From a virus (Duplodnaviria > Caudoviricetes), in the IMG/VR virus record IMGVR_UViG_3300037047_000112, positions 1-38,871 of that record: a stretch of DNA of 38,871 nt; one strand, written 5' to 3'. The translations under genes were made by a program, and so were the position numbers. Position 1 is the stretch's first letter, and the number at the start of each line of letters is the position of its first letter. Below are positions 9,271 through 17,846 of this stretch, piece after piece. Under the pieces are notes generated by a model. That model did not search any database and was not told the DNA's origin. It saw only the letters and a program-made list of their open reading frames with translations.

Positions 9271-10493
9271 GGCGCGGCCCTCCGCAGGATGCTCTGCCAC
9301 ACCAAAGCGGGCAGGCCGTTGGCGAGCTTGCCAAGCCGGAACACGGCGCTGCCGCCCTCGTAGTCCGCGCGCACGTCGAGCTTGTCCACGACCGACCAGC
9401 GCGCGGTCGCCGCGCCTTCGGCCATCGCGAGCACGTCGCCGCGATCCACGCCGCCGCCAAGGTTGGCCGCGACCTGCTCCGCCGTCGCCACGAGCGGCGC
9501 GTGCACGGGCAGCGTGGGGACATTGCCGCGGCCCTGCAGGGCGGCTGCAAGCGCCGTGCGCGCCCCCTGCGGCACGAAGCCGAAAGGAGCGCTGCCCTTG
9601 AGCCCGGCCTCGGCCGCGTCGACCAGCTCGCCGACGACGGAGGCGTGCGGCGCGACCCACACGCGCTGCGCCTCGCGGTCCCAGACCGCGCGGCCCTCGA
9701 AGGCGTCGACCCATTTGCCGACCACGCCCTCGTCCATGCCGGCCGTGCCGCTGGACTGCAGCTGCCGCATCGGGTCCCGGAGCGGCGCCGGCTTGGGCTG
9801 GCCTTCCTTCAGGACCTTCAGCTCGCGGGCGCGGCGCGCGTCCACGTTGCGCAGGCGCATGCCGCTCTGGTAGTCGAAGGGCGGGTACGGCTGGCCGAAG
9901 CGGGAGATCGCGGACCAGACAGGATCGTTCTTGAGCGCCACGAACGGCCCGTCCTGCGAAAGCGCGTAGGTCGCCGAGGTGCCGCCCTCGCCGAGCGCGG
10001 AGCGCGCGTCGTTCCAGCGCTCGCGCCACTTGCGCGGCACCTTGCGTGCCATCGCCCGGAACAGCTCCTGCGCGGGCCAGACGCTCATCACGGCCTCGTC
10101 TTGGTGCGAGCGCCAGACGGCGTAGCCCCGCGCGCGGCTCTCCTGCATGGAAACGATGAGGTTCGTCCGCAGGTCGCTCGACAGGTCCTTGAGCCCGCCC
10201 TTGTCCTCCGGCAGCGGCTCGTAGCCGAGCTTGGCCAGGCGCAGCTTCATCCGCGTGCGGATCTCGGCGGGGTTGGGCACCGCGCCCGGCGCGCCCTTGC
10301 CGGCGAGCAGCGCCACGATCTCGCGCTGCGTCTCGGCCAGGTGCCCGGCGTAGACCGTGCGCGCCGAAAACACCGACGCCTCGCGCAACGCCGCCGGCAC
10401 GTGCTCCGCGATCTCGCGCGCGGACAGCGTCGTGGCGACGGCCCGGCGGGTGGCGAGGAAGTCGGCGGCGACGTTGGAGGGGTCGGTGGGCAT
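9267..10493 (-). CDS. Head morphogenesis protein (Mu gpF/gp30-like, 408 aa)
   Basis: VFSARTV..., RTNLIVS...ARGY...W and DPVW...YPPFDYQSGM resemble the Phage_Mu_F PPxxxNC region. Confidence 0.75.
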   Translation of the reverse strand: MPTDPSNVAADFLATRRAVATTLSAREIAEHVPAALREASVFSARTVYAGHLAETQREIVALLAGKGAPGAVPNPAEIRTRMKLRLAKLGYEPLPEDKGGLKDLSSDLRTNLIVSMQESRARGYAVWRSHQDEAVMSVWPAQELFRAMARKVPRKWRERWNDARSALGEGGTSATYALSQDGPFVALKNDPVWSAISRFGQPYPPFDYQSGMRLRNVDARRARELKVLKEGQPKPAPLRDPMRQLQSSGTAGMDEGVVGKWVDAFEGRAVWDREAQRVWVAPHASVVGELVDAAEAGLKGSAPFGFVPQGARTALAAALQGRGNVPTLPVHAPLVATAEQVAANLGGGVDRGDVLAMAEGAATARWSVVDKLDVRADYEGGSAVFRLGKLANGLPALVWQSILRRAAP

Positions 10494-10505
10494 GGGAAAA
10501 GAAGC

Positions 10506-10536
10506 CAGGGTTCAGGGTTCAGGGTTCAGAAGTCAG
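10506..10536. repeat. Heptamer tandem array (CAGGGTT)3-CAGAAGT-CAG
   Basis: Read directly; begins at the stop of 10533..11054. Confidence 0.9.
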
Positions 10537-11054
10537 CCGACGGAGCGGTAGGCATCGCCGAAGAAGGTTACGGCGCGGTAGAAGCGGTCGCCCCAGCGCG
10601 GGGACCAGTCGGCGGAGATGTCGTCGCGCAGGTCGAGGTCGGCGGCTGCGTAGACGGCTCGGACGGAGCAACCCAGCGTTGCGGCGATCAGCGCGGCGGA
10701 TCGGCAGTTGCGGTCGTGCTTCATGGAGCCCCGCGCCGCGGCGCGCCAAGCATGCCCTGCGACGCGCGGGCCGTTGGGTGTTCCCAGACTGAACAGGACG
10801 CGGCCGAAGAGCTTGATCGCGAGGCGGGGAGAGCTGCCGTCCCACGCGAAGGGCGCGTAGATCTCTTCGGAGCCGTCGGGGAAGATGCGCAAGCCGGGGT
10901 CGGCCTCGCCGTAGACGTTCGCCTCGCGGCCCCGCGTCAGCGCCAGCAGGTGCGGGCTCGGAGGGCAGCGGTAGTTCGATGTCAGGCGGTACAGCGTGCC
11001 CAGGGGGGCGACCTCCACCTTGCGGGCGAGGTCTAGCAGGGCGGTGGCGTTCAT
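10533..11054 (-). CDS. DUF1353-like protein (173 aa)
   Basis: FAWDGSSP...SMKHD...AADL-LRD...FYRAVTFFG pattern typical of phage DUF1353. Confidence 0.65.
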   Translation of the reverse strand: MNATALLDLARKVEVAPLGTLYRLTSNYRCPPSPHLLALTRGREANVYGEADPGLRIFPDGSEEIYAPFAWDGSSPRLAIKLFGRVLFSLGTPNGPRVAGHAWRAAARGSMKHDRNCRSAALIAATLGCSVRAVYAAADLDLRDDISADWSPRWGDRFYRAVTFFGDAYRSVG

Positions 11055-11209
11055 GGGGTGGCGTCCTCCTGGGGGAATTCAACCGGGATCGGGTCGCCGG
11101 CGTCGACGACGCCGATCCGGTACGCGCATGCGCGGAACACCAGCGCGGCCGCCAGAGCGACCAGCGCCAGGAGCGTGTCACGCAGGGATTTGCCTAGCAT
11201 GCCTTTCAT
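11051..11209 (-). CDS. Small membrane protein of the lysis region (52 aa)
   Basis: MKGMLGKSLRDTLLALVALAAALVFRAC...; ATGA overlaps at both ends; one TM segment. Confidence 0.55.
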   Translation of the reverse strand: MKGMLGKSLRDTLLALVALAAALVFRACAYRIGVVDAGDPIPVEFPQEDATP

Positions 11210-11607
11210 CCTTTCAGCGCGCGGCGCGCCTTGTGGTGCTCGAAGCGCCGGTCGAACTTGGCCGCGTAGTCCAGCGTGCAGTCCAGCATCCAGCGGGTCG
11301 GGCCGTTGTTGTGGACGCGGGCCATGTTGCGCAGGGTGCGGACGTTGGCGGGGAAGCGGTCCCAATAGTGCGTCGCGTGGATCAGCGTCATGTCGCGCGC
11401 CTTGACCGGGTCCGACCGGTCGGCCGGCTGGTAGACCGGGCGCCGTAGGATGCGGTTGACGTTGCGGACGAAGATCTCGTGGATCTGGTAGCGTCCCAGC
11501 GCCCGGCCCCCGTCCCCGACGGCGGAGTCGCGCTCCGCCTCGGGGAGGTGGCCGGTCTCGCAGTCCGCGATTGCGTCCGCAAACGCTTCTGGATAGGGCA
11601 GCGGCAT
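11206..11607 (-). CDS. Endolysin, i-type lysozyme (destabilase)-like (133 aa)
   Basis: AIADCET...GDGGRALGRYQIH...ARVHNNGP...T..Y matches i-type motifs E-S/T, GxxQI and ARxHNGGP. Confidence 0.75.
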   Translation of the reverse strand: MPLPYPEAFADAIADCETGHLPEAERDSAVGDGGRALGRYQIHEIFVRNVNRILRRPVYQPADRSDPVKARDMTLIHATHYWDRFPANVRTLRNMARVHNNGPTRWMLDCTLDYAAKFDRRFEHHKARRALKG

Positions 11608-11610
11608 GGG

Positions 11611-12156
11611 CTACTCCGCGGCGGGCGGGGCTTCGTTGATGATCGTGTCGCCCTCGACAACGGTGTCGCCTTCTGCCCGATCTTCGGCCCATGCCGCCAC
11701 ACCCCATCCGAACACCCCGCCGCCAAACGTCGCCAACCCATACCCGAACGGATCGGAGCGAATCAGCGCCTCATTCGTGAGACTCAGAGGCAAGCGGCCC
11801 GCCGCCACCTCATCCTTTTCCCACGCCTCCGACTGCGCAACCTTGTAGTTGTGGTACATCACGAATCCGGCCGCGGCGCCGCCTATGCCTCCGAGCATCT
11901 TCGGGCCGCTCGTGGAGCAGCCCTGGCAGAGCAGCCCGGCCGAAACGGCCAGCGCCCAGCCGATGCGGCTGCGCGGTTTCTTCAGCCACCCGCCGACCCG
12001 GCCGAACACCCGCGCGAACCAGCCGACGCGCGGCTCGCCCAGCCTCGGCAGCAGCTCCGTGATCCTGTCCGCCTCCGCGGCAGCCTTGGACTCCGCCTCC
12101 GCCAACGCCCGCGCCTTGTCCCGACGCTCAGCCTCTCCGATGTCGTATTCGCCCAC
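11611..12156 (-). CDS. Membrane/lipoprotein with glycine-zipper segments, possible spanin (181 aa)
   Basis: WALAVSAGLLCQGC lipobox-like segment, then GGIGGAAAG and FGGGVFGWG hydrophobic segments; directly upstream of the endolysin. Confidence 0.45.
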   Translation of the reverse strand: MGEYDIGEAERRDKARALAEAESKAAAEADRITELLPRLGEPRVGWFARVFGRVGGWLKKPRSRIGWALAVSAGLLCQGCSTSGPKMLGGIGGAAAGFVMYHNYKVAQSEAWEKDEVAAGRLPLSLTNEALIRSDPFGYGLATFGGGVFGWGVAAWAEDRAEGDTVVEGDTIINEAPPAAE

Positions 12157-12183
12157 TTTGCACCTGCCTTTCGTTTTGCTCGT

Positions 12184-12285
12184 TTACAGCGACGTGCCCC
12201 AAGGCACAAGGATCGCCAGCGCCGCGCCGATGGCGCCCAGGATAATGACCAGGGCGTATTCCCAGCGTTGCGGCTTCGCGGTCAT
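12184..12285 (-). CDS. Small single-TM protein, holin candidate (33 aa)
   Basis: MTAKPQRWEYALVIILGAIGAALAILVPWGTSL; ATGA-coupled to the upstream gene. Confidence 0.45.
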   Translation of the reverse strand: MTAKPQRWEYALVIILGAIGAALAILVPWGTSL

Positions 12286-12737
12286 GCCTTGCCCCGCTTC
12301 AATGCCGCGCGCGCGGCCAGTGCCGCGGCCGCGGCCAGCGCGAGGATGCCCGCGACGTTCTTCTTGCCTGCCTGTTCCCCGAGCGCGTCGAGCACGGCGA
12401 CCTTCTCTTCCGCCGTCGCGTCCGGGGCCAGCTTCGCCGCCGCGTAGGCAGCCTTCTCCAGCCGCTTGAGGGCCAGGGAGACATTGACGGCCCCGACGAC
12501 GCGGCCGGGCTGCACGACCCGCTTGACGGGCTCGGAGACGACCGTCCCGTCGGCGTAGGTCAGGGTAACCATGCCGTCCTTGAGCTGCGACTTCGCGACG
12601 CCGTTGACCTTGCGCCGTTCGGCATGCCGTTCGACGGCCGCGCCGAGCCCGTCGGGCTCGCTTCCGGGCTTGGCGAGGCAGGGTGGGGACAGCGCCGCGG
12701 ACAGCGCCGCCAGGCACAGGATGCGGTAAAGGCTCAT
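12282..12737 (-). CDS. Exported protein with C-terminal membrane anchor (151 aa)
   Basis: Signal-like MSLYRILCLAALSAALSPPCLA; C-terminal VAGILALAAAAALAA followed by RAALKRGKA. Confidence 0.65.
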   Translation of the reverse strand: MSLYRILCLAALSAALSPPCLAKPGSEPDGLGAAVERHAERRKVNGVAKSQLKDGMVTLTYADGTVVSEPVKRVVQPGRVVGAVNVSLALKRLEKAAYAAAKLAPDATAEEKVAVLDALGEQAGKKNVAGILALAAAAALAARAALKRGKA

Positions 12738-13657
12738 AGCAGGTTGTTCCCCTTGTACGTGGTTCCGTTCTGGACGGCCTCGACGGCGATCCCGCCGAGG
12801 AGGCGCACGGCGATGGCGTCGGCCCCGGCGCCGAGCGTCACCCAGCCCGTGTGCGGCAGGTACTCGACCTCCCCGACCTGCACCGTGACGCCGCTTTCCG
12901 GCACGCTCAGGTATTCGTCGGGAGCGAACCCGCCGAACTCGACCTCGTACTGCGGACGCAGCGGAGTGCCGGCAATGCCCTCCGGGATCGCGTAGACGTA
13001 GCGGACGCACTCGGCTCCGTTGACGTTCTCCGTCGCGGGCCAGAAGTTCGTCGTCGGGTCCAGGAGGCCCCACTGCCCTTCCGCGACGCTGTACCGGATG
13101 CGGATGTTGACGTTGGTCGCCGGCGGATCGCTGAACCAGACCAGCGCCGTCAGGTTCGACGGCGTCTGCGTGACCTGCTCGAAGCCGACCATGATGTTGT
13201 GGTTCGTTTCGACCGGCGTCCCGCGCGGCATGTCCAGGGCGATGTACGCGGCGCTGTAGTCCCCCTGGGCGAGCTGGTTGGTGAGGTCGATGCAGTCCTG
13301 CCGCGCGGCCTCGACCACGTTGGAGAGCGCCGCCGCGATCTGCCCCGCCTCGGCCGCGAAGGCATCCAGCGCCGCCGCCTGCGTGCCGCTCACGACGCGG
13401 CCGCGGACGTCCTTGAGCGATCCGTCGCGCAGCACCGTCAGGAGCTGCAACACGACGGACGACGGCTGCGGGTTCGGCTTGTCCCCGCCGTAGCCGGCGA
13501 CCAGCGCCAGCACCACAAGGGCCAGCGCCCGCTGCCAATGGTTCGTCGAGCGCTTCAGCCTGCGCCACAGTCCGCACTTTGCCGCGCAGATCAGCGCCGC
13601 GGCCAGCGGCACGAGGCAGGCCAGAAAGGCTGCGGCAAGGCTATTCGGGCAGTTCAC
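12734..13657 (-). CDS. Membrane-anchored exported TN-rich protein (307 aa)
   Basis: Two N-terminal hydrophobic segments ending in LVAGYGGDKP; 5 TN dipeptides; overlaps both neighbouring genes. Confidence 0.7.
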   Translation of the reverse strand: MNCPNSLAAAFLACLVPLAAALICAAKCGLWRRLKRSTNHWQRALALVVLALVAGYGGDKPNPQPSSVVLQLLTVLRDGSLKDVRGRVVSGTQAAALDAFAAEAGQIAAALSNVVEAARQDCIDLTNQLAQGDYSAAYIALDMPRGTPVETNHNIMVGFEQVTQTPSNLTALVWFSDPPATNVNIRIRYSVAEGQWGLLDPTTNFWPATENVNGAECVRYVYAIPEGIAGTPLRPQYEVEFGGFAPDEYLSVPESGVTVQVGEVEYLPHTGWVTLGAGADAIAVRLLGGIAVEAVQNGTTYKGNNLL

Positions 13658-14378
13658 AGAACACCCCCCCGACGATGCGCCACGTGTTCGTCCCCTCCGT
13701 CAGCTCGACGGACAGGGGTATTTCGTTGCCGACCTTGATGCCGTTGCGCACCGGCAGGAAGGCCCCGGTCTGCTGCTGCTGGGTTTCGGCGAAGATGCGG
13801 AAGAACGAGTTGGTCTGTTCGTTCGGCACGGCCACCGTGTTCCTGAAGCAGTCGTACAGCGTCGCGCCGACCAGCACGTTCGTCGCGACCACGGCGACGC
13901 TCTCCAGCTCGGTCCACGCCGGGTCGTCGCGGGGAGACGCGCTCCAGCGCACGACGGGGAACTCCGCGGGCTCCTCGCTGAAATAGGTGTACAGGTCCGA
14001 ATAGGTGTACGTGGCATCGTTCGAGACGGCCGGCGCGAAGTAGACGACGGTCGCGATGACGTTCGTGTTCGGTTCCACGCCCGAGACGCCGAAGTCGAGC
14101 ATGAAGCCCTGGATGTACCCCACGCCCTCGACCCCGTTGACGACCGCGCGGACGCCGTCGACCAGCGCCGCGACTTCCGCGACGGCGTTGCTCGTGGCCT
14201 GCAGCGCGGCGTCCGCGGCGACCAGCGCGACGACGTTGGAGGCGAGCTGGGCGACGGTCGCGACGGCCCCGGCCGGCGACAGCCCGGCGGGCGTCACGAT
14301 GACGAACTCGGCGTCCTGCGCGCGGCAGAGTCCGCACAGCGCCGCGAGGACCAGCAGCGTGGATAGTCGGCTGATCAT
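13641..14378 (-). CDS. Secreted TN-rich protein (245 aa)
   Basis: Signal peptide MISRLSTLLVLAALCGLCRA-QD; 4 TN and 3 SN; short helical N-region followed by a beta domain. Confidence 0.72.
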   Translation of the reverse strand: MISRLSTLLVLAALCGLCRAQDAEFVIVTPAGLSPAGAVATVAQLASNVVALVAADAALQATSNAVAEVAALVDGVRAVVNGVEGVGYIQGFMLDFGVSGVEPNTNVIATVVYFAPAVSNDATYTYSDLYTYFSEEPAEFPVVRWSASPRDDPAWTELESVAVVATNVLVGATLYDCFRNTVAVPNEQTNSFFRIFAETQQQQTGAFLPVRNGIKVGNEIPLSVELTEGTNTWRIVGGVFCELPE

Positions 14379-14893
14379 GGCGTGGTCTCCGGTCGAGTTG
14401 TGATGCCGTCTACGGTGACGCTGTCTGTCCGCAGCATGACGCGATTGCCACTAACTTGTTTCCGGTCGTAGATCGTGGTTGGAGCGGATGCATGTTCCAT
14501 CCATACCCGGTTGAACGGATGTAGCGTGCAGGTTTCGAGCACCGCGTCGCGCCTTCCGTCGCCGTCCGTGTCGCGGTCGAACACAAGCCAATTCTGGCGC
14601 ATGATGTAGTTCTGGGCTTCGTTGGTCGTCACCATCGTCAGGCGGTCGGCGACATTGGTGGCTTCCGCGAGCGTGCAGGACGTGCGGACGGTGTTTTCGG
14701 AAATGGTCGCCGTAAACTCTCTACGCCACGGAGCTGAGATGCGGACCGCATCGAGGCGCGATTGCTCCGCACGCCATTCGCGGTGGTCCGTTTCGATCAT
14801 GACAATCATTCCGGCGGAAAACGTCAACGACGCAACGACGGCCACATATCCAACGAAGAACCGTACGTTCCACTGTTTGTCGCCCGTAGTCAT
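14375..14893 (-). CDS. Membrane-anchored protein with DxDxDG calcium-binding-like motif (172 aa)
   Basis: ATG 14893 (ATGA overlap); N-terminal TM FFVGYVAVVASLTFSAGMIVMI; DRDTDGDGRRD; lower GC. Confidence 0.6.
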   Translation of the reverse strand: MTTGDKQWNVRFFVGYVAVVASLTFSAGMIVMIETDHREWRAEQSRLDAVRISAPWRREFTATISENTVRTSCTLAEATNVADRLTMVTTNEAQNYIMRQNWLVFDRDTDGDGRRDAVLETCTLHPFNRVWMEHASAPTTIYDRKQVSGNRVMLRTDSVTVDGITTRPETTP

Positions 14894-16329
14894 GGCGTCA
14901 CCTCCGTCCCAATTATCAGCCAATGCCCGTTGCTCACCGACACCGTCCACAAAATGTTGGTGGCGGAGTCTAGACTCGGCCACGAAATGGCGGCGACCGC
15001 CTCCGCGACCTGGTTTGTCGTGGCCACGGCCGCGTAGACGGCCTGGTTGGTTGCGACGGACAGCGTCCCGTTGTAGACAAGGCCGTTGTGCACGGGCAAC
15101 AGGCCGTTCCCGCAGTCAAACACACCCGTGACCGCAACCGGCAAAACAACCGGGTCGTAGCAGTAGTTATAGCCGTACCAGTTGTTGTTCGTGATGCCGT
15201 AGAAGTTGGAATCTCGTCCGGTGACGCCGTTGACGTGCGCCACGATGTTGCTGCCGCGGCCTAGGAACAGCCAGATGTCCCTTGACCAGTTGCTGCCCGT
15301 GTACGACGCCATCCAAAGGCCCGTGGCCGCGTGGATCGAGGCGCCCAGCGACACGGGAAAATCGCCGTCCCACATGATGCCGGTGTCGGCCCACGTGAAG
15401 TCGCCGTCCGCGGCGGCGGACAGATTGGTGGCGACGCTCTGCGGCGAGACGAGCACCCGCAGCGAGTCGGCCCGGTCGTCGTCGGACGCGAGTCCCATCA
15501 AGGATACTCCCGCGACCGCGTTGGACGCCGCCGCATCGGCGTAGCCCTGCGCGTTGGTCTGCGCCTGGGCGGCGACGGCGGCGGCGTAGTCCTGGGCGTT
15601 GGTCCGCGCCTGCGCGGCGACGGCTGCGGCGTAGCCCTGCGCGTTGGTCTGCGCCTGGGCGGCGACAGCGGCGGCGTAGTCCTGGGCGTTGGTACGCGCA
15701 TGCGCGGCGACTGTGTCGGCGTAGCCCTGCGCGTTGGTCTGCGCGTATGCGGACACGGCGTCGGCATAGCCCTGCGCGTTGGTCAGCGCCTGGGCGGCAA
15801 CCGCGTCGGCGTAGCCGGGCGTGGCCCAAGGAGCGTTGGAGACCGTCACCGTGGCGAAGTCGATCACCCGCGCGGGCAGCGGCAGGGAGTTGGGCGTCGC
15901 GCCCGGGGCGCGCTTCATCTTGAGCGTGCCGTTGGCCCGGTAGCTCCTCCCGCCGGACGAGCCGGACACGCCGACGAAATACGGGTACTGCGCGGCCCCC
16001 ACGTCGTTGGTCGGGCTCCACGTGGCGCGGACCAGACCGGCCGTGTTGGTGACGACCTCGGCCGGCGCGGACCACCAGAGCGTGTCCATGCCGTTGGTCT
16101 GCCAGTAGAGCGTCGCCGTCTCCGCGCCCGTCCAGGCGACGGCGGTGCCCGCCTCGCGCAGCTCGGGGAGCAACAGCGCCGTCTCGCCCTGGTAGACGTC
16201 CCAGTTCTGCGCGGCGGGGCGCTGCGCCTCGGCGATCCAGCGGAGGGGGACCTGGGAAAGGATGAAGGATGAAGGATAAAGGACAAGGGCCAGAAAGGCG
16301 GCTGCGACGGGCTTGCAAGGGGTTTGCAT
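14890..16329 (-). CDS. Fibre-like protein with signal-like N-terminus, BppU-like domain, 15-aa repeats and variable C-terminus (479 aa)
   Basis: ATG 16329; hydrophobic N-terminus; WDVYQGET...ATLYWQ...YPYFVGV resembles baseplate upper-protein N-domains; AQTNAQGYA repeats; 14 TN. Confidence 0.65.
   Translation of the reverse strand: MQTPCKPVAAAFLALVLYPSSFILSQVPLRWIAEAQRPAAQNWDVYQGETALLLPELREAGTAVAWTGAETATLYWQTNGMDTLWWSAPAEVVTNTAGLVRATWSPTNDVGAAQYPYFVGVSGSSGGRSYRANGTLKMKRAPGATPNSLPLPARVIDFATVTVSNAPWATPGYADAVAAQALTNAQGYADAVSAYAQTNAQGYADTVAAHARTNAQDYAAAVAAQAQTNAQGYAAAVAAQARTNAQDYAAAVAAQAQTNAQGYADAAASNAVAGVSLMGLASDDDRADSLRVLVSPQSVATNLSAAADGDFTWADTGIMWDGDFPVSLGASIHAATGLWMASYTGSNWSRDIWLFLGRGSNIVAHVNGVTGRDSNFYGITNNNWYGYNYCYDPVVLPVAVTGVFDCGNGLLPVHNGLVYNGTLSVATNQAVYAAVATTNQVAEAVAAISWPSLDSATNILWTVSVSNGHWLIIGTEVTP
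15535..15816 (-). repeat. 45-bp coding tandem repeat, ~6.3 copies (AVAAQAQTNAQGYAD)
   Basis: Six 15-aa units plus GYAD seen in the translation and the DNA. Confidence 0.92.
16259..16286. repeat. Heptamer array AGGATGA-AGGATGA-AGGATAA-AGGACAA inside a signal-like coding region
   Basis: Read directly; encodes LVLYPSSFIL on the minus strand. Confidence 0.85.
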
Positions 16330-16748
16330 CAGGAGACCTCCCCGTATTCGAACACATAGGAACAGACGACCGAGACGCCGCGCACGCGGCAGGAGCAGGA
16401 GGCCATCGCGCCGACCAGCGACTGCGTGCTCGATCCGTCGGCGATCTCCAGCTTGGTCAGCGCCTGCAGGCAGACGGCCTTGGCGTGCGCCGCGGCCCAC
16501 AGGCGGGCCGCGGCGTAGGTGGAGAACTCGCGCAACGCCGAGAACGGGTAGCTCCCGGTGTTGCAGCCGCGCGCCCGCACCACGGCGGCGGCGGCGCGGA
16601 CGGGGCGCGAGACGGCGGTCGACTGCGCCGCGTTGAACTCCTCGCCGTCCCCGAGCGGCCCCTGGGCGTAGGTGTCGCTGGGGCGTGCCGGCCCGTGGAC
16701 CAGGACGATGTCGGCGGAGCTCGCGGCGTTGGTCAGCGTGATCGTCAC
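16329..16748 (-). CDS. Hypothetical tail protein (139 aa)
   Basis: GTG start with GGAGG RBS; follows the tail tube gene; beta-rich. Confidence 0.6.
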   Translation of the reverse strand: MTITLTNAASSADIVLVHGPARPSDTYAQGPLGDGEEFNAAQSTAVSRPVRAAAAVVRARGCNTGSYPFSALREFSTYAAARLWAAAHAKAVCLQALTKLEIADGSSTQSLVGAMASCSCRVRGVSVVCSYVFEYGEVS

Positions 16749-16762
16749 CTAGGCGTCCCTCC

Positions 16763-16818
16763 GTGATCAGTAATCAGTGATCGGTGATCAGTTATCAGTG
16801 ATCGGTAGACAGCGATCG
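16763..16818. repeat. Eight-unit heptamer array, consensus GTGATCR
   Basis: gtgatca gtaatca gtgatcg gtgatca gttatca gtgatcg gtagaca gcgatcg; fills the gap between the tube stop and the next RBS. Confidence 0.92.
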
Positions 16819-16820
16819 GT

Positions 16821-17786
16821 CTACGCCTCGGGCTCGGGCTCGGTGGCGATGGCGATGTCGAAGACCGCGCCGAGCGTGGTGTTCGGCGATTCGCCCGAAA
16901 ACTCGCGGCTGGCCTCGAAGCCGATCTCGTTGGAGCGCAGCACGCTCGCGCCCCAGCGGCTGCCGCCGGTCAGCAACGCGGCGTCCTTAAGAGTCACGAG
17001 CAACCCGCCGACCTCGCCGGTGATCACGAGGTCCTCGCTCTGCCGCAGCGTGCTGCCCAGGGCGAGGCCCTCGGGACGGAGCTGCGTGAGCAGCGCGGAG
17101 GCGGAGATCCCGACGGGCACGCAGCTCGCGCGGGCCGTCACCCCGGTGATGCGGTAGTCGACCGTGCCGATCCCGGCGACGTAGATCGGCTCCGTCTGCA
17201 CCTCGAAGGAGACGCGCCAGCCGTCCTCGGTCGGGATGTCGATGCTGTTCCACGCGCCGGCATAGGGCACGGCGACGACGAGCCCCTCGTCGAACGTCTC
17301 GCTCCACGCTCCGGTGGTCGAGCTGAAGAAAGCCCCCGTCGCTGTGCGCGCGGTGTTGTCCTTGACAAGCGCGGTGAAGGCGGCCTGCCCGAACGCGGTG
17401 GCCTTGGGCGAGAGCACCAAATCCGGCATCTTCGTCAGGGCCGCGTTCGGGAAGGTCAGTTTGCTGCCGTCGATGCCGTGCACCAGGAGCGCCGTGTCCG
17501 AGGCCGGAAACACGCGCGACCCGACGGACGGATTGCGGAACGCTGCGGGGAAAAGCAGCGTCAGCAGGTCCGCGCTGATCTGGCCCGCCGGCGTGAAGGT
17601 GATCTCGGCGATGGCGTCGCTGATGCGAGGCGCGCCCTGGCCGTGGGTGGAGATCTGCGGGCGCCACGTCTCGGGGTTGCAGGACGCCTCGATGTTCTCC
17701 TGGGAGAACAGCGTAGGCCCGGTGCCGTACAGGAGGGTGCCGGGTCCGGTGAGGATGTTGCCGCGGGCGATGGATGGGCTGGCCAT
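16821..17786 (-). CDS. Major tail tube protein (321 aa)
   Basis: Position after the neck/terminator genes; starts ILTGPGTLLY; two internally similar beta-rich halves. Confidence 0.7.
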   Translation of the reverse strand: MASPSIARGNILTGPGTLLYGTGPTLFSQENIEASCNPETWRPQISTHGQGAPRISDAIAEITFTPAGQISADLLTLLFPAAFRNPSVGSRVFPASDTALLVHGIDGSKLTFPNAALTKMPDLVLSPKATAFGQAAFTALVKDNTARTATGAFFSSTTGAWSETFDEGLVVAVPYAGAWNSIDIPTEDGWRVSFEVQTEPIYVAGIGTVDYRITGVTARASCVPVGISASALLTQLRPEGLALGSTLRQSEDLVITGEVGGLLVTLKDAALLTGGSRWGASVLRSNEIGFEASREFSGESPNTTLGAVFDIAIATEPEPEA

Positions 17787-17798
17787 GGTGGGCTCCGT

Positions 17799-17833
17799 GA
17801 TTGACGATTGACGAATGCCGAGTGACGAATGCC
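17799..17833. repeat. Five-unit heptamer array GATTGAC/GAATGCC/GAGTGAC
   Basis: gattgac gattgac gaatgcc gagtgac gaatgcc, intergenic. Confidence 0.85.
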
Positions 17834-17846
17834 GAAAGAAAGCGGG

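Noticed and set aside
14890-15330. Asn/Tyr-rich fibre tip as a diversity-generating retroelement target
   Set aside because: No reverse transcriptase or template repeat seen in the window; a trans-acting element cannot be excluded.
15535-15816. Regular repeats resembling a CRISPR array
   Set aside because: Contiguous 45-bp in-frame coding repeats with no unique spacers and no cas genes.
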